Shown one piece after another: positions 19,578-29,573 of a stretch of 64,000 nt of DNA. The notes under the pieces were generated by a model. That model was not told the origin of the DNA. It did no database searches and saw only the letters and a list, made by a program, of their open reading frames with translations. The stretch is from Mediterranea massiliensis (GTDB lineage: Bacteria; Bacteroidota; Bacteroidia; Bacteroidales; Bacteroidaceae): assembly GCA_958402075.1 (NCBI GenBank), contig CATXSD010000002.1, positions 8,273 through 72,272 of the forward strand, written 5' to 3'. Numbering within the stretch: position 1 is the first letter of the stretch; each line of letters begins with the position of its first letter. The position numbers and the translations under genes were made by a program.

Positions 19578-22500
19578 ATGAAAAACAACCGGAATTTCCA
19601 AAACATGGAAATCAAAAGGTCATTATGGACCTTTACGAAAAAAATTCCTTTAGTTATGAAACTGTTTATTTTTTATCTCTTCTGCTCAATCGGCATACTG
19701 CAAGCTGCTGAAACCTATGCACAGAATGCCCGACTATCCTTGAATGCGGAAGAAGAGACCGTTGCCGATATTCTCAAACAGATAGAGAACGTTTCTGACT
19801 TCGATTTCTTCTACAACAATTCGCATGTAGATTTAAACCGACGCGTATCCGTATCGGCAAAAAACAGCGACATCTTCTCTATTTTGGACGAAGTGTTTAA
19901 GGGGACAGGAGTACACTATACCGTACTCGACAAAAAAATCATTTTATCTACTGAACTGGAAACACCTGCCCAAGGAGTACAACAACAGGACAATGTGGTG
20001 AAAGGAAGAGTAGTGGATGTACATGGAGAACCCGTCATCGGCGCCACCATTAAAGAAGCCGGAACCAACAATGGTACTATTACCGATTTAGATGGAAAAT
20101 TCACTATCAAGACACAAGCAAATGCCACTTTGGAAATTTCGTTCATCGGATATCAATCACAAACACTAAAAGCAGTCACTGGCAAAGAGCTGGCCATTAC
20201 GTTAAAAGAAGATACGGAAATGCTTGATGAAGTGGTTGTTGTCGGATACGGTACGACGAACAAACAAGCGATTACCGGCTCTGTAGTTAAAGCCGATATC
20301 AATACATATCGTGATGTACCTACCAATAATATTATGGAAACCTTGAGAGGATCTGTTCCAGGATTGAATATTGATGGAACTAATACCGCAGGAGCCGTAG
20401 CCAGCTTCAGTATACGTGGACAAAATTCGACAGGCGGAAATGAGCCTCTTCTTGTAGTCGATGGAGCCATATTTGATGGGTCGTTAGCAGATTTACCTTC
20501 TGACGACATTGAAGACCTAACGGTATTGAAAGATGCCAGTGCAGCTGCTGTTTATGGTAGCCGTTCTGCCAATGGTGTCATATTGATTACAACTAAACGG
20601 GGTAGAAGCGAAGGAGGAAAGCCCCAGTTTAATGTAAATCTTTCATATGGATATAGCCATGAATTAAAACGACAAAAGGTTTATGATGCCGAAGGATATA
20701 TACAAAAACTTTTAGATTATCGTATTGCCAACGGAATGGAAGCCGATCCCAGCCAAATTGCCATGTATCTTCAGCCGATAGAAGCTGAAAACTATAACGC
20801 TACTCCCGACCATAGACCTACCTTTACAAATCCTTACGACCTGTTCCGCCAAAGTGCATATAATGTAAAGGCAAATGTTAGCATTTCAAACAGTTCTGAA
20901 CTTGCGACATATTACATCTCGGCTTCCGTAACCGATCAGAAAGGCGTTGTTCTTAATGACAGATACAAGAATTTCTCAGGACGCATCAACATAGAAACAA
21001 ATCTTACCGACTGGTTGAAGATTGGCGTTAAATCCAATTATAGCATACGTGACTATTCAGGCAGTTCACCAGACTTAAATAAAGCAGCCCAATTCAGCCC
21101 CTATGCATCATTATACGATCAATCAGGTCAATATTTACAATATCCTCAGACAACAACATCCTTTGAAAGCCCATTTTGGAGCATGAGAACAGATGATTTG
21201 GAGAAATACAATATGCTTGGTGCCATCCTGAACGCAAAGATTAAAGTTCCTTGGGTAAAAGGATTGTCGTACGAGATGGTATATTCCAACAATCTCCGTT
21301 GGTCTCAGAACAATTATTTCTATAATGAATATACCACGGCCGGTCAGGGGAAGAATGGTAAAGGAGAAAGGGCCAATGAAAACAATTATCACATGTTGTT
21401 GGATAATCTTATCAAATATAACAACACATTCAACAACATACATAATATTGATGTCACCTTACTTTATTCCCGAGAACGACGCACATGGAATAATATGACT
21501 GCCTATGCGGAAGATTTTGACAATACAGTTTTAGGAGACAACAAACTTGAAGATGGTAAGAAACAAACTGTGGATACCGGCAATGGCGAGAGCGGAGCAA
21601 TCGGTATGATGGCACGTGCTACTTATACTTTCGACAATAAATATTCTTTCACGGGTACGGTACGTCGCGATGGTTTTTCCGCATTCAGCAAAAACAAAAA
21701 GTGGGCCACATTTGCTTCCGGAGGTTTTAACTGGAACATTTCCAACGAAAATTTCATGAAGGATATTAAACAGATCGACAATCTGGCATTACGCTTGTCT
21801 TATGGTTCAAATGGAAATCAGTCCATTAGTCCATATACAACATTAGCTACAGTAGGAACAGACAAATATATTTTTGCCGGCGATCCTTCTTATTCAATAA
21901 CTCAATATATATCTTCTTTTGCTCTGAATGATTTAGGTTGGGAAACGACGACCGGATTTAATGGAGGAATCGACTTTTCATTATTCGGTAACCGCTTGTC
22001 AGGTAGCGTGGATGCATATTTCACCAATACGACAGATTTGTTGTTCAGCCTTGCATTACCAACCATTTCCGGAAAATCATCCATTACATCAAACCTTGGC
22101 AAAATTCAGAATAAAGGTGTTGAAATCAGCTTACATTCCCTGAACATTTCCAAAAAAGATTTCTCTTGGAGCACAGATTTTGCATTTTCCTTGAATAGGA
22201 ATAAAGTGGCAACTATTTATGGAGAAGACAATAATGGTGACGGGAAAGAAGATGACTTGATAAGTTCCGGATATTATATCGGTAAGTCTCTTGGAACCAT
22301 CTATGATTATAAAATCATAGGAATGTGGCAACAAGAAGACGTTGACAATGGTACCATAATGGAAGGAATGCGCCCCGGTGATTATAAAATTGAAGACGTC
22401 AACCAGGACGGGAAGATTGACTCGGAACATGACCGTCAGTTCCTTGGTACGTCCAAAGAAAATTTCCGTTGGAGTATGACTAATACACTTACATACAAAG

Positions 22501-22931
22501 ATTGGACCTTGATGATTTATATTAATTCTGTATGGGGCGGTAATGGATATTTCAAAGCACCGAACACACCCTATAATGACGAATATATCAATAGTGGCGC
22601 TCATAACAGAACCATTCTGGATTATTGGACACCAGAAAATACTGATGCGAAATACCCCCGTTTAGACTATCAGCAAAATGCCCGTTACACAGCAACATTG
22701 TATCAAGACAGGAGCTTTATAAAGTTACAAAAAGTGGCATTAACCTACAACCTGTCTAAATTCGTCAAGAAGATCGGATTAAACAACATGAAATTGTCAT
22801 TAAGCGCAGATAACTTATTTGAATTTTCACCTTATTGGGATGGCCTTGATGCCGAAACAGAACAAGGATTGTCCATCAACGCACGTCCTTCTATCCGAAC
22901 TTATCAAATGAACTTAATTTTTAACTTCTAA
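19578..22931 (+). CDS. susC: SusC-like TonB-dependent transducer with N-terminal signalling extension
   Basis: STN-like N-terminal extension, EVVVVGYG, LKDASAAAVYGSRSANGVILITTK, WETT, C-terminal Phe. Confidence 0.97.
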   Translation: MKNNRNFQNMEIKRSLWTFTKKIPLVMKLFIFYLFCSIGILQAAETYAQNARLSLNAEEETVADILKQIENVSDFDFFYNNSHVDLNRRVSVSAKNSDIFSILDEVFKGTGVHYTVLDKKIILSTELETPAQGVQQQDNVVKGRVVDVHGEPVIGATIKEAGTNNGTITDLDGKFTIKTQANATLEISFIGYQSQTLKAVTGKELAITLKEDTEMLDEVVVVGYGTTNKQAITGSVVKADINTYRDVPTNNIMETLRGSVPGLNIDGTNTAGAVASFSIRGQNSTGGNEPLLVVDGAIFDGSLADLPSDDIEDLTVLKDASAAAVYGSRSANGVILITTKRGRSEGGKPQFNVNLSYGYSHELKRQKVYDAEGYIQKLLDYRIANGMEADPSQIAMYLQPIEAENYNATPDHRPTFTNPYDLFRQSAYNVKANVSISNSSELATYYISASVTDQKGVVLNDRYKNFSGRINIETNLTDWLKIGVKSNYSIRDYSGSSPDLNKAAQFSPYASLYDQSGQYLQYPQTTTSFESPFWSMRTDDLEKYNMLGAILNAKIKVPWVKGLSYEMVYSNNLRWSQNNYFYNEYTTAGQGKNGKGERANENNYHMLLDNLIKYNNTFNNIHNIDVTLLYSRERRTWNNMTAYAEDFDNTVLGDNKLEDGKKQTVDTGNGESGAIGMMARATYTFDNKYSFTGTVRRDGFSAFSKNKKWATFASGGFNWNISNENFMKDIKQIDNLALRLSYGSNGNQSISPYTTLATVGTDKYIFAGDPSYSITQYISSFALNDLGWETTTGFNGGIDFSLFGNRLSGSVDAYFTNTTDLLFSLALPTISGKSSITSNLGKIQNKGVEISLHSLNISKKDFSWSTDFAFSLNRNKVATIYGEDNNGDGKEDDLISSGYYIGKSLGTIYDYKIIGMWQQEDVDNGTIMEGMRPGDYKIEDVNQDGKIDSEHDRQFLGTSKENFRWSMTNTLTYKDWTLMIYINSVWGGNGYFKAPNTPYNDEYINSGAHNRTILDYWTPENTDAKYPRLDYQQNARYTATLYQDRSFIKLQKVALTYNLSKFVKKIGLNNMKLSLSADNLFEFSPYWDGLDAETEQGLSINARPSIRTYQMNLIFNF

Positions 22932-22942
22932 AATAACAGACA

Positions 22943-24649
22943 ATGAAACTAAAGAATATATGTCTCGTCCTTACCATCGTCAGTGGTTTGACTTCATGTT
23001 ATGATTTATTAGAAGAAAAGCCGTTGGATTTTTTGACTCCAGAAAACTCCTATACAAACGCAAAGGGATTCGAGGCTGCCCTGGCTAATATCTATTATGA
23101 TATAAGAACCAATTTTTATGCAACAACAGATTCTTGGCAGAACTATGACATGATGGGAGTGGATGTCGACTTGACGGTATTACAATCTTCCCCTACTGTC
23201 TATACCGAATATTTTTACTGGAATACACTAAACGCAGATAATGACTTTAGTGAAAAATGGTGGTCGCGTTTGTATACCATGATTTATAATTGCAACGTAA
23301 TTATTGACCGAGCTGACTATGAATCTGTCAAATGGAGTTCTGATACAGAAAAGAATGCGATTGTAGGAGAAGCAAAGTTCTTAAGAGCCTTTGCATACCG
23401 CTTTCTGGCAAACATGTGGGGAAATGCACCTCTCGTAACAAAGGAAACGACGACACCGCAATTTAATTACAAAAGCTCCACTCAGACAGAGCTCTATGAA
23501 CAATGCAAAAAAGACCTCGAGTTTGCAATCGAATGGATGCCTGACATTGACGACCAAAAGGGCGGTAGAGCATCCAAAGTAGCTGCCCAGCACTTGTTGT
23601 CTGAAATATTGATCGGACTTAAAGACTATGAAGGAGCGATACAAGCCGCTTCGGCTGTAATAAACAATCCGACCATGTCGCTCATGAAAGAAAGATTTGG
23701 CAAGCTTGTAGATTTCCAGTTTGAAGGATATGATTATCAAGGTGAAAAAGAGCCTTGGGGAGATGTATACTGGGACCTTTTCCGCGAAGACAATTTTAAC
23801 AGAATTGATGGGAATAAGGAATGCATTTGGAATGTACAGTTTGACGTTAGTTTGGTAGGTGGCGGAAATGTCGGCAATTCCGGCGGTAATTTTGTATTAG
23901 AACGCTGGTTCGGTCCCAAATGGTGGGATCTCAAAGATCTGGATGGCACTCCCAATTGGTTAAAAGACATATTGTCAGGAAGACCGGTAGGCGGAGCTTA
24001 TGCAACTCCCTACTTCTCTGAACAAATATGGAATTATAAAGATGACTGGAATAATGACATTAGAAACTCCATATACAACATGAAGCGTGATTATTATTGG
24101 ACTAATCCGGCAGGTCGCTTCTACGGACAGAAAATTACAATTGACAATTTAGGGAATAAGGAAGACCGCTATGTCATAGAATGTCCCACAGCCATGAAAT
24201 TAGTGACAGCCCAACACCATGGACAATTTAAAGATGCTACCAGCGGTGAGACTCATGACAATGGCCGCATTTATAAAGATTGGTATATCATGAGATTGGC
24301 TGAAACTTATCTATTAAGAGCTGAAGCCTATTTGATGAAAGGCGATCTTCAAGCTGCAGCAAATGATATCAATGCGATAAGAGAAAGAGCCCATGCCACT
24401 CCGGTTTCCGCTTCTGACGTTAATTTAGATTTAATATTGGACGAACGTGCCAGAGAGTTGTTTATGGAAGATTTCAGAATCAATACTTTGATGAGAACCA
24501 ACAAACTGGTAGAGTATTTGATGAAATATAATACAAAAGTGATTCAAGCGGGGTATCAACTGGATGACCATCTCAACAAATTGCCTATTCCAAATTCTGA
24601 AATAGAAGCCAATAAGGAAGGTGGCCTGATACAAAATCCTGGGTATTAA
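22943..24649 (+). CDS. susD: RagB/SusD family lipoprotein
   Basis: Lipobox LTSC; GEAKFLRAFAY, MRLAETYLLRAEA, ERAREL, QNPGY. Confidence 0.96.
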   Translation: MKLKNICLVLTIVSGLTSCYDLLEEKPLDFLTPENSYTNAKGFEAALANIYYDIRTNFYATTDSWQNYDMMGVDVDLTVLQSSPTVYTEYFYWNTLNADNDFSEKWWSRLYTMIYNCNVIIDRADYESVKWSSDTEKNAIVGEAKFLRAFAYRFLANMWGNAPLVTKETTTPQFNYKSSTQTELYEQCKKDLEFAIEWMPDIDDQKGGRASKVAAQHLLSEILIGLKDYEGAIQAASAVINNPTMSLMKERFGKLVDFQFEGYDYQGEKEPWGDVYWDLFREDNFNRIDGNKECIWNVQFDVSLVGGGNVGNSGGNFVLERWFGPKWWDLKDLDGTPNWLKDILSGRPVGGAYATPYFSEQIWNYKDDWNNDIRNSIYNMKRDYYWTNPAGRFYGQKITIDNLGNKEDRYVIECPTAMKLVTAQHHGQFKDATSGETHDNGRIYKDWYIMRLAETYLLRAEAYLMKGDLQAAANDINAIRERAHATPVSASDVNLDLILDERARELFMEDFRINTLMRTNKLVEYLMKYNTKVIQAGYQLDDHLNKLPIPNSEIEANKEGGLIQNPGY

Positions 24650-24660
24650 ACTCCAAGACA

Positions 24661-24741
24661 AAGAGACTATAATCTGAACTATATATTCTTGGATATCAAA
24701 CGATGAGAACCAACATGAAAATAGTAGGATTATAGTCTCTT
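24661..24741 (+). terminator. Long stem-loop between susD and GH97
   Basis: Perfect 14-bp IR aagagactataatc 24661-24674 / gattatagtctctt 24728-24741, plus actat/atagt inside. Confidence 0.55.
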
Positions 24742-24833
24742 CGTTTCTCATGAAGAGTCATACTTAGAGCCAAATGGACTCTCTCGAACATGATTGCACT
24801 TCATGAAACACTAAAAATAATTACAAAACAAGT

Positions 24834-26714
24834 ATGAGAAATTTTTTATTCTTATTTTTAGCTTTATCCCAGCCTTTATTTTTATGGGCGCAATCAGAAC
24901 TTCCGTTGCTGAGTCCATCGGAAAATCTGAAGGCTCAAGTAAAAGTAGACACACGAAACGTCTCAATATCACTATTTTCGGAAAATCAAAAATTAATTGA
25001 AGTCAAAACAATCCAGTTTGAACTTGACAAAAATACCATTCAAGGGGAATGGAATCTGAAGAAATATACAACAGATCAAGTAAGAAGCAGCTGGCAACCG
25101 CTTTATGGCGAAAACAATCACATAATGGATTGTTACAACAGCATGACTTTACAATTGGCTTCAACAGGCAACAATAAGGACATGACTGTAGACATACGCC
25201 TTTATGATGAGGGCGTAGCTTTCAGATACAGTTTTGACAAACTTGACTTTTGGAATAGAACTCTCCTTAAGGAAAACACTGAATTTCTTTTTGATTCAGA
25301 TTGCGTAACTTGGGCTTCAGACAGTGCACAGTCTGTTATCTATGAGACGAAACTCACTCAACTTAAAGGGAGCCTTGACAGGCCACAACTTGTAGAAGTT
25401 TCCCCCACTAAATATGTAGCTGTTGGAGAGGCTGCATTGATAGACTATTCCAGAATGAAACTGAAGAAAAGTGATAACGGCATAGGATTGCAATCTGATT
25501 TATCTGGGAAAGTAGAACTCGACTTGGCTGACTACAAATCGCCCTGGCGTTATGTAATGGTAGGGAATAACCCCGGCGAAATAGTACAAAACAATTATTT
25601 TGTCTTAAATTTAAATGAGCCTAACAAGCTTGAGCGCACAGATTGGATAAAACCGGGGAATGTCATTCGCGAAGTTACGCTTACCACTCAAGGTGGTATG
25701 GCCTGCATTGATTTTGCTGCAGCCAACGGAATAGAATATGTTGAATACGATGCCGGCTGGTATGGCCCAGAAAATGATCCCCAGTCAGATGCAACAACTG
25801 TAACTGTAGACCCTGCAAGATCAAAAGGTGAACTCAATTTACAGAAAGTGATAGACTATGCAAACAACAAAGGGATAGGCATCATTCTTTATGTAAACAT
25901 GAAGGCTTTAAAAAACCAACTTGACGAAATTCTCCCTCTATACCATAAATGGGGAATAAAGGGAGTAAAGTACGGATTCGTTGACGTTGGAGACCAATAT
26001 TCCACATCCTGGCTTCACCATGCCGTGAGAAAAGCGGCCAAATATGAACTCATGGTCGATATACATGATGAATACCGCCCTACAGGCTATTCCAGAACAT
26101 ATCCCAACCTTATGACTCAAGAAGGTATTCGTGGAGATGAGGAAAGTCCTTCGCTCCAGCAAACTGTATATACATTCTTCAGTCGCATGATATGTGGCGC
26201 CGGTGATTACACCAACTGTTATTTTGCAGATCGAATCACATCCGAAAAAATGGGTGGGCGTGCGGCTCAGTTGGCCAAGAAGATTGCAATCTATAGTCCA
26301 TGGCAATTTATCTATTGGTATGACCGCCCCTATGGCTCCCCTGTGAAAGTCGGCGGAGCCAATTCGTCCGAATCTATCATAAAGACAGACGAAATAACCC
26401 ATTTCTATTGTTCCATTCCAACTGTGTGGGACGAGTCAAGGTTTCTGGAAGGTGAGATGGGAGATTACGCAGTCGTAGCCCGCCGTTCAGGGGCCAACTG
26501 GTATATTTCGGTGTTGAATGCCGGAAATGAAAAGAATATAGAAATTGACCTGGCTTCCTTGGTTGACATAAATCACTGTAAAGCGATATTCTATTATCAA
26601 CCTTCAGAAAAGGGCAAGGGGAAAGTCGCTACAAAGAAATATGATAAACTTCAAGAGAAAATTTCTTTTAGCGTTCTGAAAAATTCTGGATGTGTACTGC
26701 ACATCAAGCATTAA
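24834..26714 (+). CDS. GH97 family glycoside hydrolase, secreted
   Basis: RLYDEGVAFRY, SPWR, WIKPG, IDFAA, DAGWY, PTGYSRTYPNLMTQEGIRGDE, PTVWDES, VARRSG. Confidence 0.93.
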   Translation: MRNFLFLFLALSQPLFLWAQSELPLLSPSENLKAQVKVDTRNVSISLFSENQKLIEVKTIQFELDKNTIQGEWNLKKYTTDQVRSSWQPLYGENNHIMDCYNSMTLQLASTGNNKDMTVDIRLYDEGVAFRYSFDKLDFWNRTLLKENTEFLFDSDCVTWASDSAQSVIYETKLTQLKGSLDRPQLVEVSPTKYVAVGEAALIDYSRMKLKKSDNGIGLQSDLSGKVELDLADYKSPWRYVMVGNNPGEIVQNNYFVLNLNEPNKLERTDWIKPGNVIREVTLTTQGGMACIDFAAANGIEYVEYDAGWYGPENDPQSDATTVTVDPARSKGELNLQKVIDYANNKGIGIILYVNMKALKNQLDEILPLYHKWGIKGVKYGFVDVGDQYSTSWLHHAVRKAAKYELMVDIHDEYRPTGYSRTYPNLMTQEGIRGDEESPSLQQTVYTFFSRMICGAGDYTNCYFADRITSEKMGGRAAQLAKKIAIYSPWQFIYWYDRPYGSPVKVGGANSSESIIKTDEITHFYCSIPTVWDESRFLEGEMGDYAVVARRSGANWYISVLNAGNEKNIEIDLASLVDINHCKAIFYYQPSEKGKGKVATKKYDKLQEKISFSVLKNSGCVLHIKH

Positions 26715-27008
26715 CATTCCAAATATAGCATAACGAATATGGCAACACTGAAACTGAAGAAGACCTACAGAGTTATGGCAATCCGAGAAGTTCATACGAA
26801 CGGCCTACCTCTCCATGGATATACGACAGCAATTCGACCTTCGTCGCACATTGTGGTCAATATCGCCTATCACGACAACTTCCATATTCCAACCTAAAGC
26901 GTCCACAAATAGATATTCATCAAAAACCAACATCAAAACCAGCCAGTTAATAGAATTCACCATTTATATATTCCATGAAATAAAATCAGTTAGACTAAAT
27001 TTTGTAAC

Positions 27009-29141
27009 ATGATGAAGACGAACAATAAAATATTATGGGTGCTGATCATATTTCTAATACCACTTACAGCATTTGCCGAAAAGCGCACCTATTATGTGTC
27101 AACAAAAGGAAATGATCAGGCAGCCGGGACATTGAGAAATCCCTTCAAAACAATACAAAAAGCACTGGAAACGGCCAACGCAAACCAAGCGGATACCGTG
27201 GAGATACTTTTCAGGGGTGGTTCGTACCAACTTATAGAAAGTGTAATAATTAAAGGCAAAAACATTGTTCTCCGCCCTTATAATTCTGAAAAGGTGTCGT
27301 TTACAGGCAGCATATCTATTGAAGGAAACAGGATAAAGTCTGTAAAAGACAAAGCCGTCAGATCGCGCATTCAGGATGCCGTAAAAGACAAGGTAAAGGA
27401 AATAGACGTCAAGTCGATGGGTGTAGAACTGGCCGGCATCTCCCCTAAAGGTTTTGGCCGTGCGGCCCTTCCCTCCTGGAGCGAACTGTTCGTGAACGGC
27501 AAACCACAACATCTGTCAAGATGGCCCAATGACAGTACTGTACTGATTGGTAAGGTACATTGCACAGGCGACATTCCACGCAACCAGAAGTTTGGCCTTG
27601 GTGATCCTGTATTCGAATACCTGGAAGATCGTCCGTCATCGTGGAAGTCGACCAAGGATGTGTGGATTGCCGGCTATTTCGCCTATGGATATGCAGACGA
27701 CATGATTCCTGTAAAATCGATCAACCCGTCTGAGAAGACAATCACCGCCGCCATCCCTACCATGTACGGTTTTCTTACCGGAGCATCTTTCCGCCGTTGG
27801 TACGCATTGAACCTTATAGAGGAAATAGATGAACCGGGTGAATATGTCATTGACAAGGAACAAGGAAAGATATATTTCCTTCCCGAAGACACACGGCTAA
27901 ACAATATAAATATTTCGATTCTGGAGGAACCGCTATTCTATATCGAAGACTCCGAAAACATACTGATACAAGGTTTTACCTTCGAATACTCTCGTGGCAT
28001 GGGAGTATATATGGATACTTCGGACCATATAAAAATCGACAATTGTATTTTCAGGAATTTGGGTTATGTAGCCGTATCCATCGGACGGGGGGATTTGCCC
28101 AATGGCAACATTTACAAGGCACAACATGAATCAGACAAGGAATTCGCAGAGGGTGTAGGGGGAGTGATCGGCACATTGTCAAGCCGGCTGTATGATGACC
28201 GGCTGTTCAACAGACACGCCGGTAAAAACAATGGAGTAACCAACTGCGTAATATACCAAGTAGGTTCTGGTGGCATCAGCCTTGGTGGAGGAGACCGAAA
28301 GACATTGACGCCAGCAAACAATTATGTAGAGAATTGTCAAATCTATGATTTCAACCGAATCGAGAAATCGTATCGGCCAGGCATTTCGATTGATGGAGTA
28401 GGAAACCATGTGAAGAACTGCGAAATATTCAATGCTCCCAGCATGGCCATACTGATAAACGGAAACGATCACATGATAGAATATTGTGACATACATCACG
28501 TTTGCGAAGAAGTGGATGACCAGGGTGCTCTATATTATGGCCGTGACCCTTCCGAACGTGGATTGAAAGTCAGGTACTGCTATTTCCATCATTTTGATTC
28601 TCAACACCGGGTTTCTGCAACCTACCACGATGATGGCGCTTGCGGCATGGAAGTTTATGGATGCATCTATTATCAGGCGGGAACGATGCCCGTCCTGATT
28701 GGCGGCGGACATGACAACGTATACAGGAACAACATCTTTGTCGATATGCCACTGGCCATCTATATTGACAATCGCATGCAAAATTGGTCCAAAAATTCAC
28801 TGGACAAAGGCGGAATCTTTGACCAGCGTCTGCAAACTGTAAAATACGATCAGCCTCCTTACAGCAAGGCATACCCCCTACTGGCCGATTACTGGAAGGG
28901 AGACCCAAGTTTTCCTCGGAACAATCTGATCGAGGGCAATCTGTTCTACAAAGTTGAGAAATTGTTGTCCGGATCATTGTCCTATGCCAACTGGTATAAC
29001 AACTACATGGCCCAAAAAAATCCTGGATTCAAAAACGAACAAAACATTCTTGAGGGTTTTATTGAGAATGCATCAGTCTTTGACAAGATTGAGCATTTTC
29101 AGCCCATACCTTTTGAAAAAATCGGTTTTAAATTAAAATAG
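27009..29141 (+). CDS. Right-handed parallel beta-helix protein (GH141-like or other CAZyme), secreted
   Basis: Signal peptide; YYVSTKGND..GTLRNPFKTIQKAL, RWPN, NLIEEIDEPGEY, DQGALY, YHDDG, PbH1-type repeats. Confidence 0.8.
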   Translation: MMKTNNKILWVLIIFLIPLTAFAEKRTYYVSTKGNDQAAGTLRNPFKTIQKALETANANQADTVEILFRGGSYQLIESVIIKGKNIVLRPYNSEKVSFTGSISIEGNRIKSVKDKAVRSRIQDAVKDKVKEIDVKSMGVELAGISPKGFGRAALPSWSELFVNGKPQHLSRWPNDSTVLIGKVHCTGDIPRNQKFGLGDPVFEYLEDRPSSWKSTKDVWIAGYFAYGYADDMIPVKSINPSEKTITAAIPTMYGFLTGASFRRWYALNLIEEIDEPGEYVIDKEQGKIYFLPEDTRLNNINISILEEPLFYIEDSENILIQGFTFEYSRGMGVYMDTSDHIKIDNCIFRNLGYVAVSIGRGDLPNGNIYKAQHESDKEFAEGVGGVIGTLSSRLYDDRLFNRHAGKNNGVTNCVIYQVGSGGISLGGGDRKTLTPANNYVENCQIYDFNRIEKSYRPGISIDGVGNHVKNCEIFNAPSMAILINGNDHMIEYCDIHHVCEEVDDQGALYYGRDPSERGLKVRYCYFHHFDSQHRVSATYHDDGACGMEVYGCIYYQAGTMPVLIGGGHDNVYRNNIFVDMPLAIYIDNRMQNWSKNSLDKGGIFDQRLQTVKYDQPPYSKAYPLLADYWKGDPSFPRNNLIEGNLFYKVEKLLSGSLSYANWYNNYMAQKNPGFKNEQNILEGFIENASVFDKIEHFQPIPFEKIGFKLK

Positions 29142-29391
29142 AGGTTATTTCCAGTTTCAGACAACAGCATCTTGAAAATCACATAATCACCTCAATAAAC
29201 TTTACAGTCTTACCTAACTTTGTAATCCGTTGGCAGAATGTTTCCTGGCTAAAGGTCATTCTCCAACGGATTTCTTATTATTTCCGACAGGCAAGTTAGA
29301 CATTCCACGCATTGCCTGCACCATTGCGGCGGCAATCGGACAGGAATCCCCGTCGACAAGAAATTGGAAGAGCGGATGTCTACAAGATACG

Positions 29392-29501
29392 CGGCAATAT
29401 TTCCTCCCCAAACAAGCAATGTCCCCACTCGAAAGAAGCAATGTTTTCCCCCAAAGAAAGCAATGTTTTCCGACACAAAAAGCAATGTTTTCCTGCCATC
29501 C
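29392..29501. repeat. 22-bp-period array A (AAGCAATGTTTTCC core, 5 units)
   Basis: Units start at 29392 (degenerate), 29414, 29436, 29458, 29480. Confidence 0.85.
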
Positions 29502-29515
29502 CGACACACTCCCCT

Positions 29516-29547
29516 TTTGGTAGTTTCACAAAAAAACCTTAGCTTTG
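29516..29547 (+). promoter_or_regulatory. Sigma-A promoter for the DUF59-TlpA-lpxH operon
   Basis: TTTG 29516-29519, 20-nt spacer, TAGCTTTG 29540-29547. Confidence 0.75.
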
Positions 29548-29573
29548 CTTCTGAAACAAGAATTGTAAACAAC

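Noticed and set aside
26740..27012. Short ORFs (about 52 aa from 26740 and 65 aa from 26815) between GH97 and the beta-helix gene
   Set aside because: No recognisable motif or signal peptide; cannot be told from chance
29364..29573. N-terminal extensions in the ORF track (DUF59, GH89, sigma, LrgA, FolP, ABC ATPase and others)
   Set aside because: They run through promoters, repeats or neighbouring genes; downstream ATGs fit the family starts better
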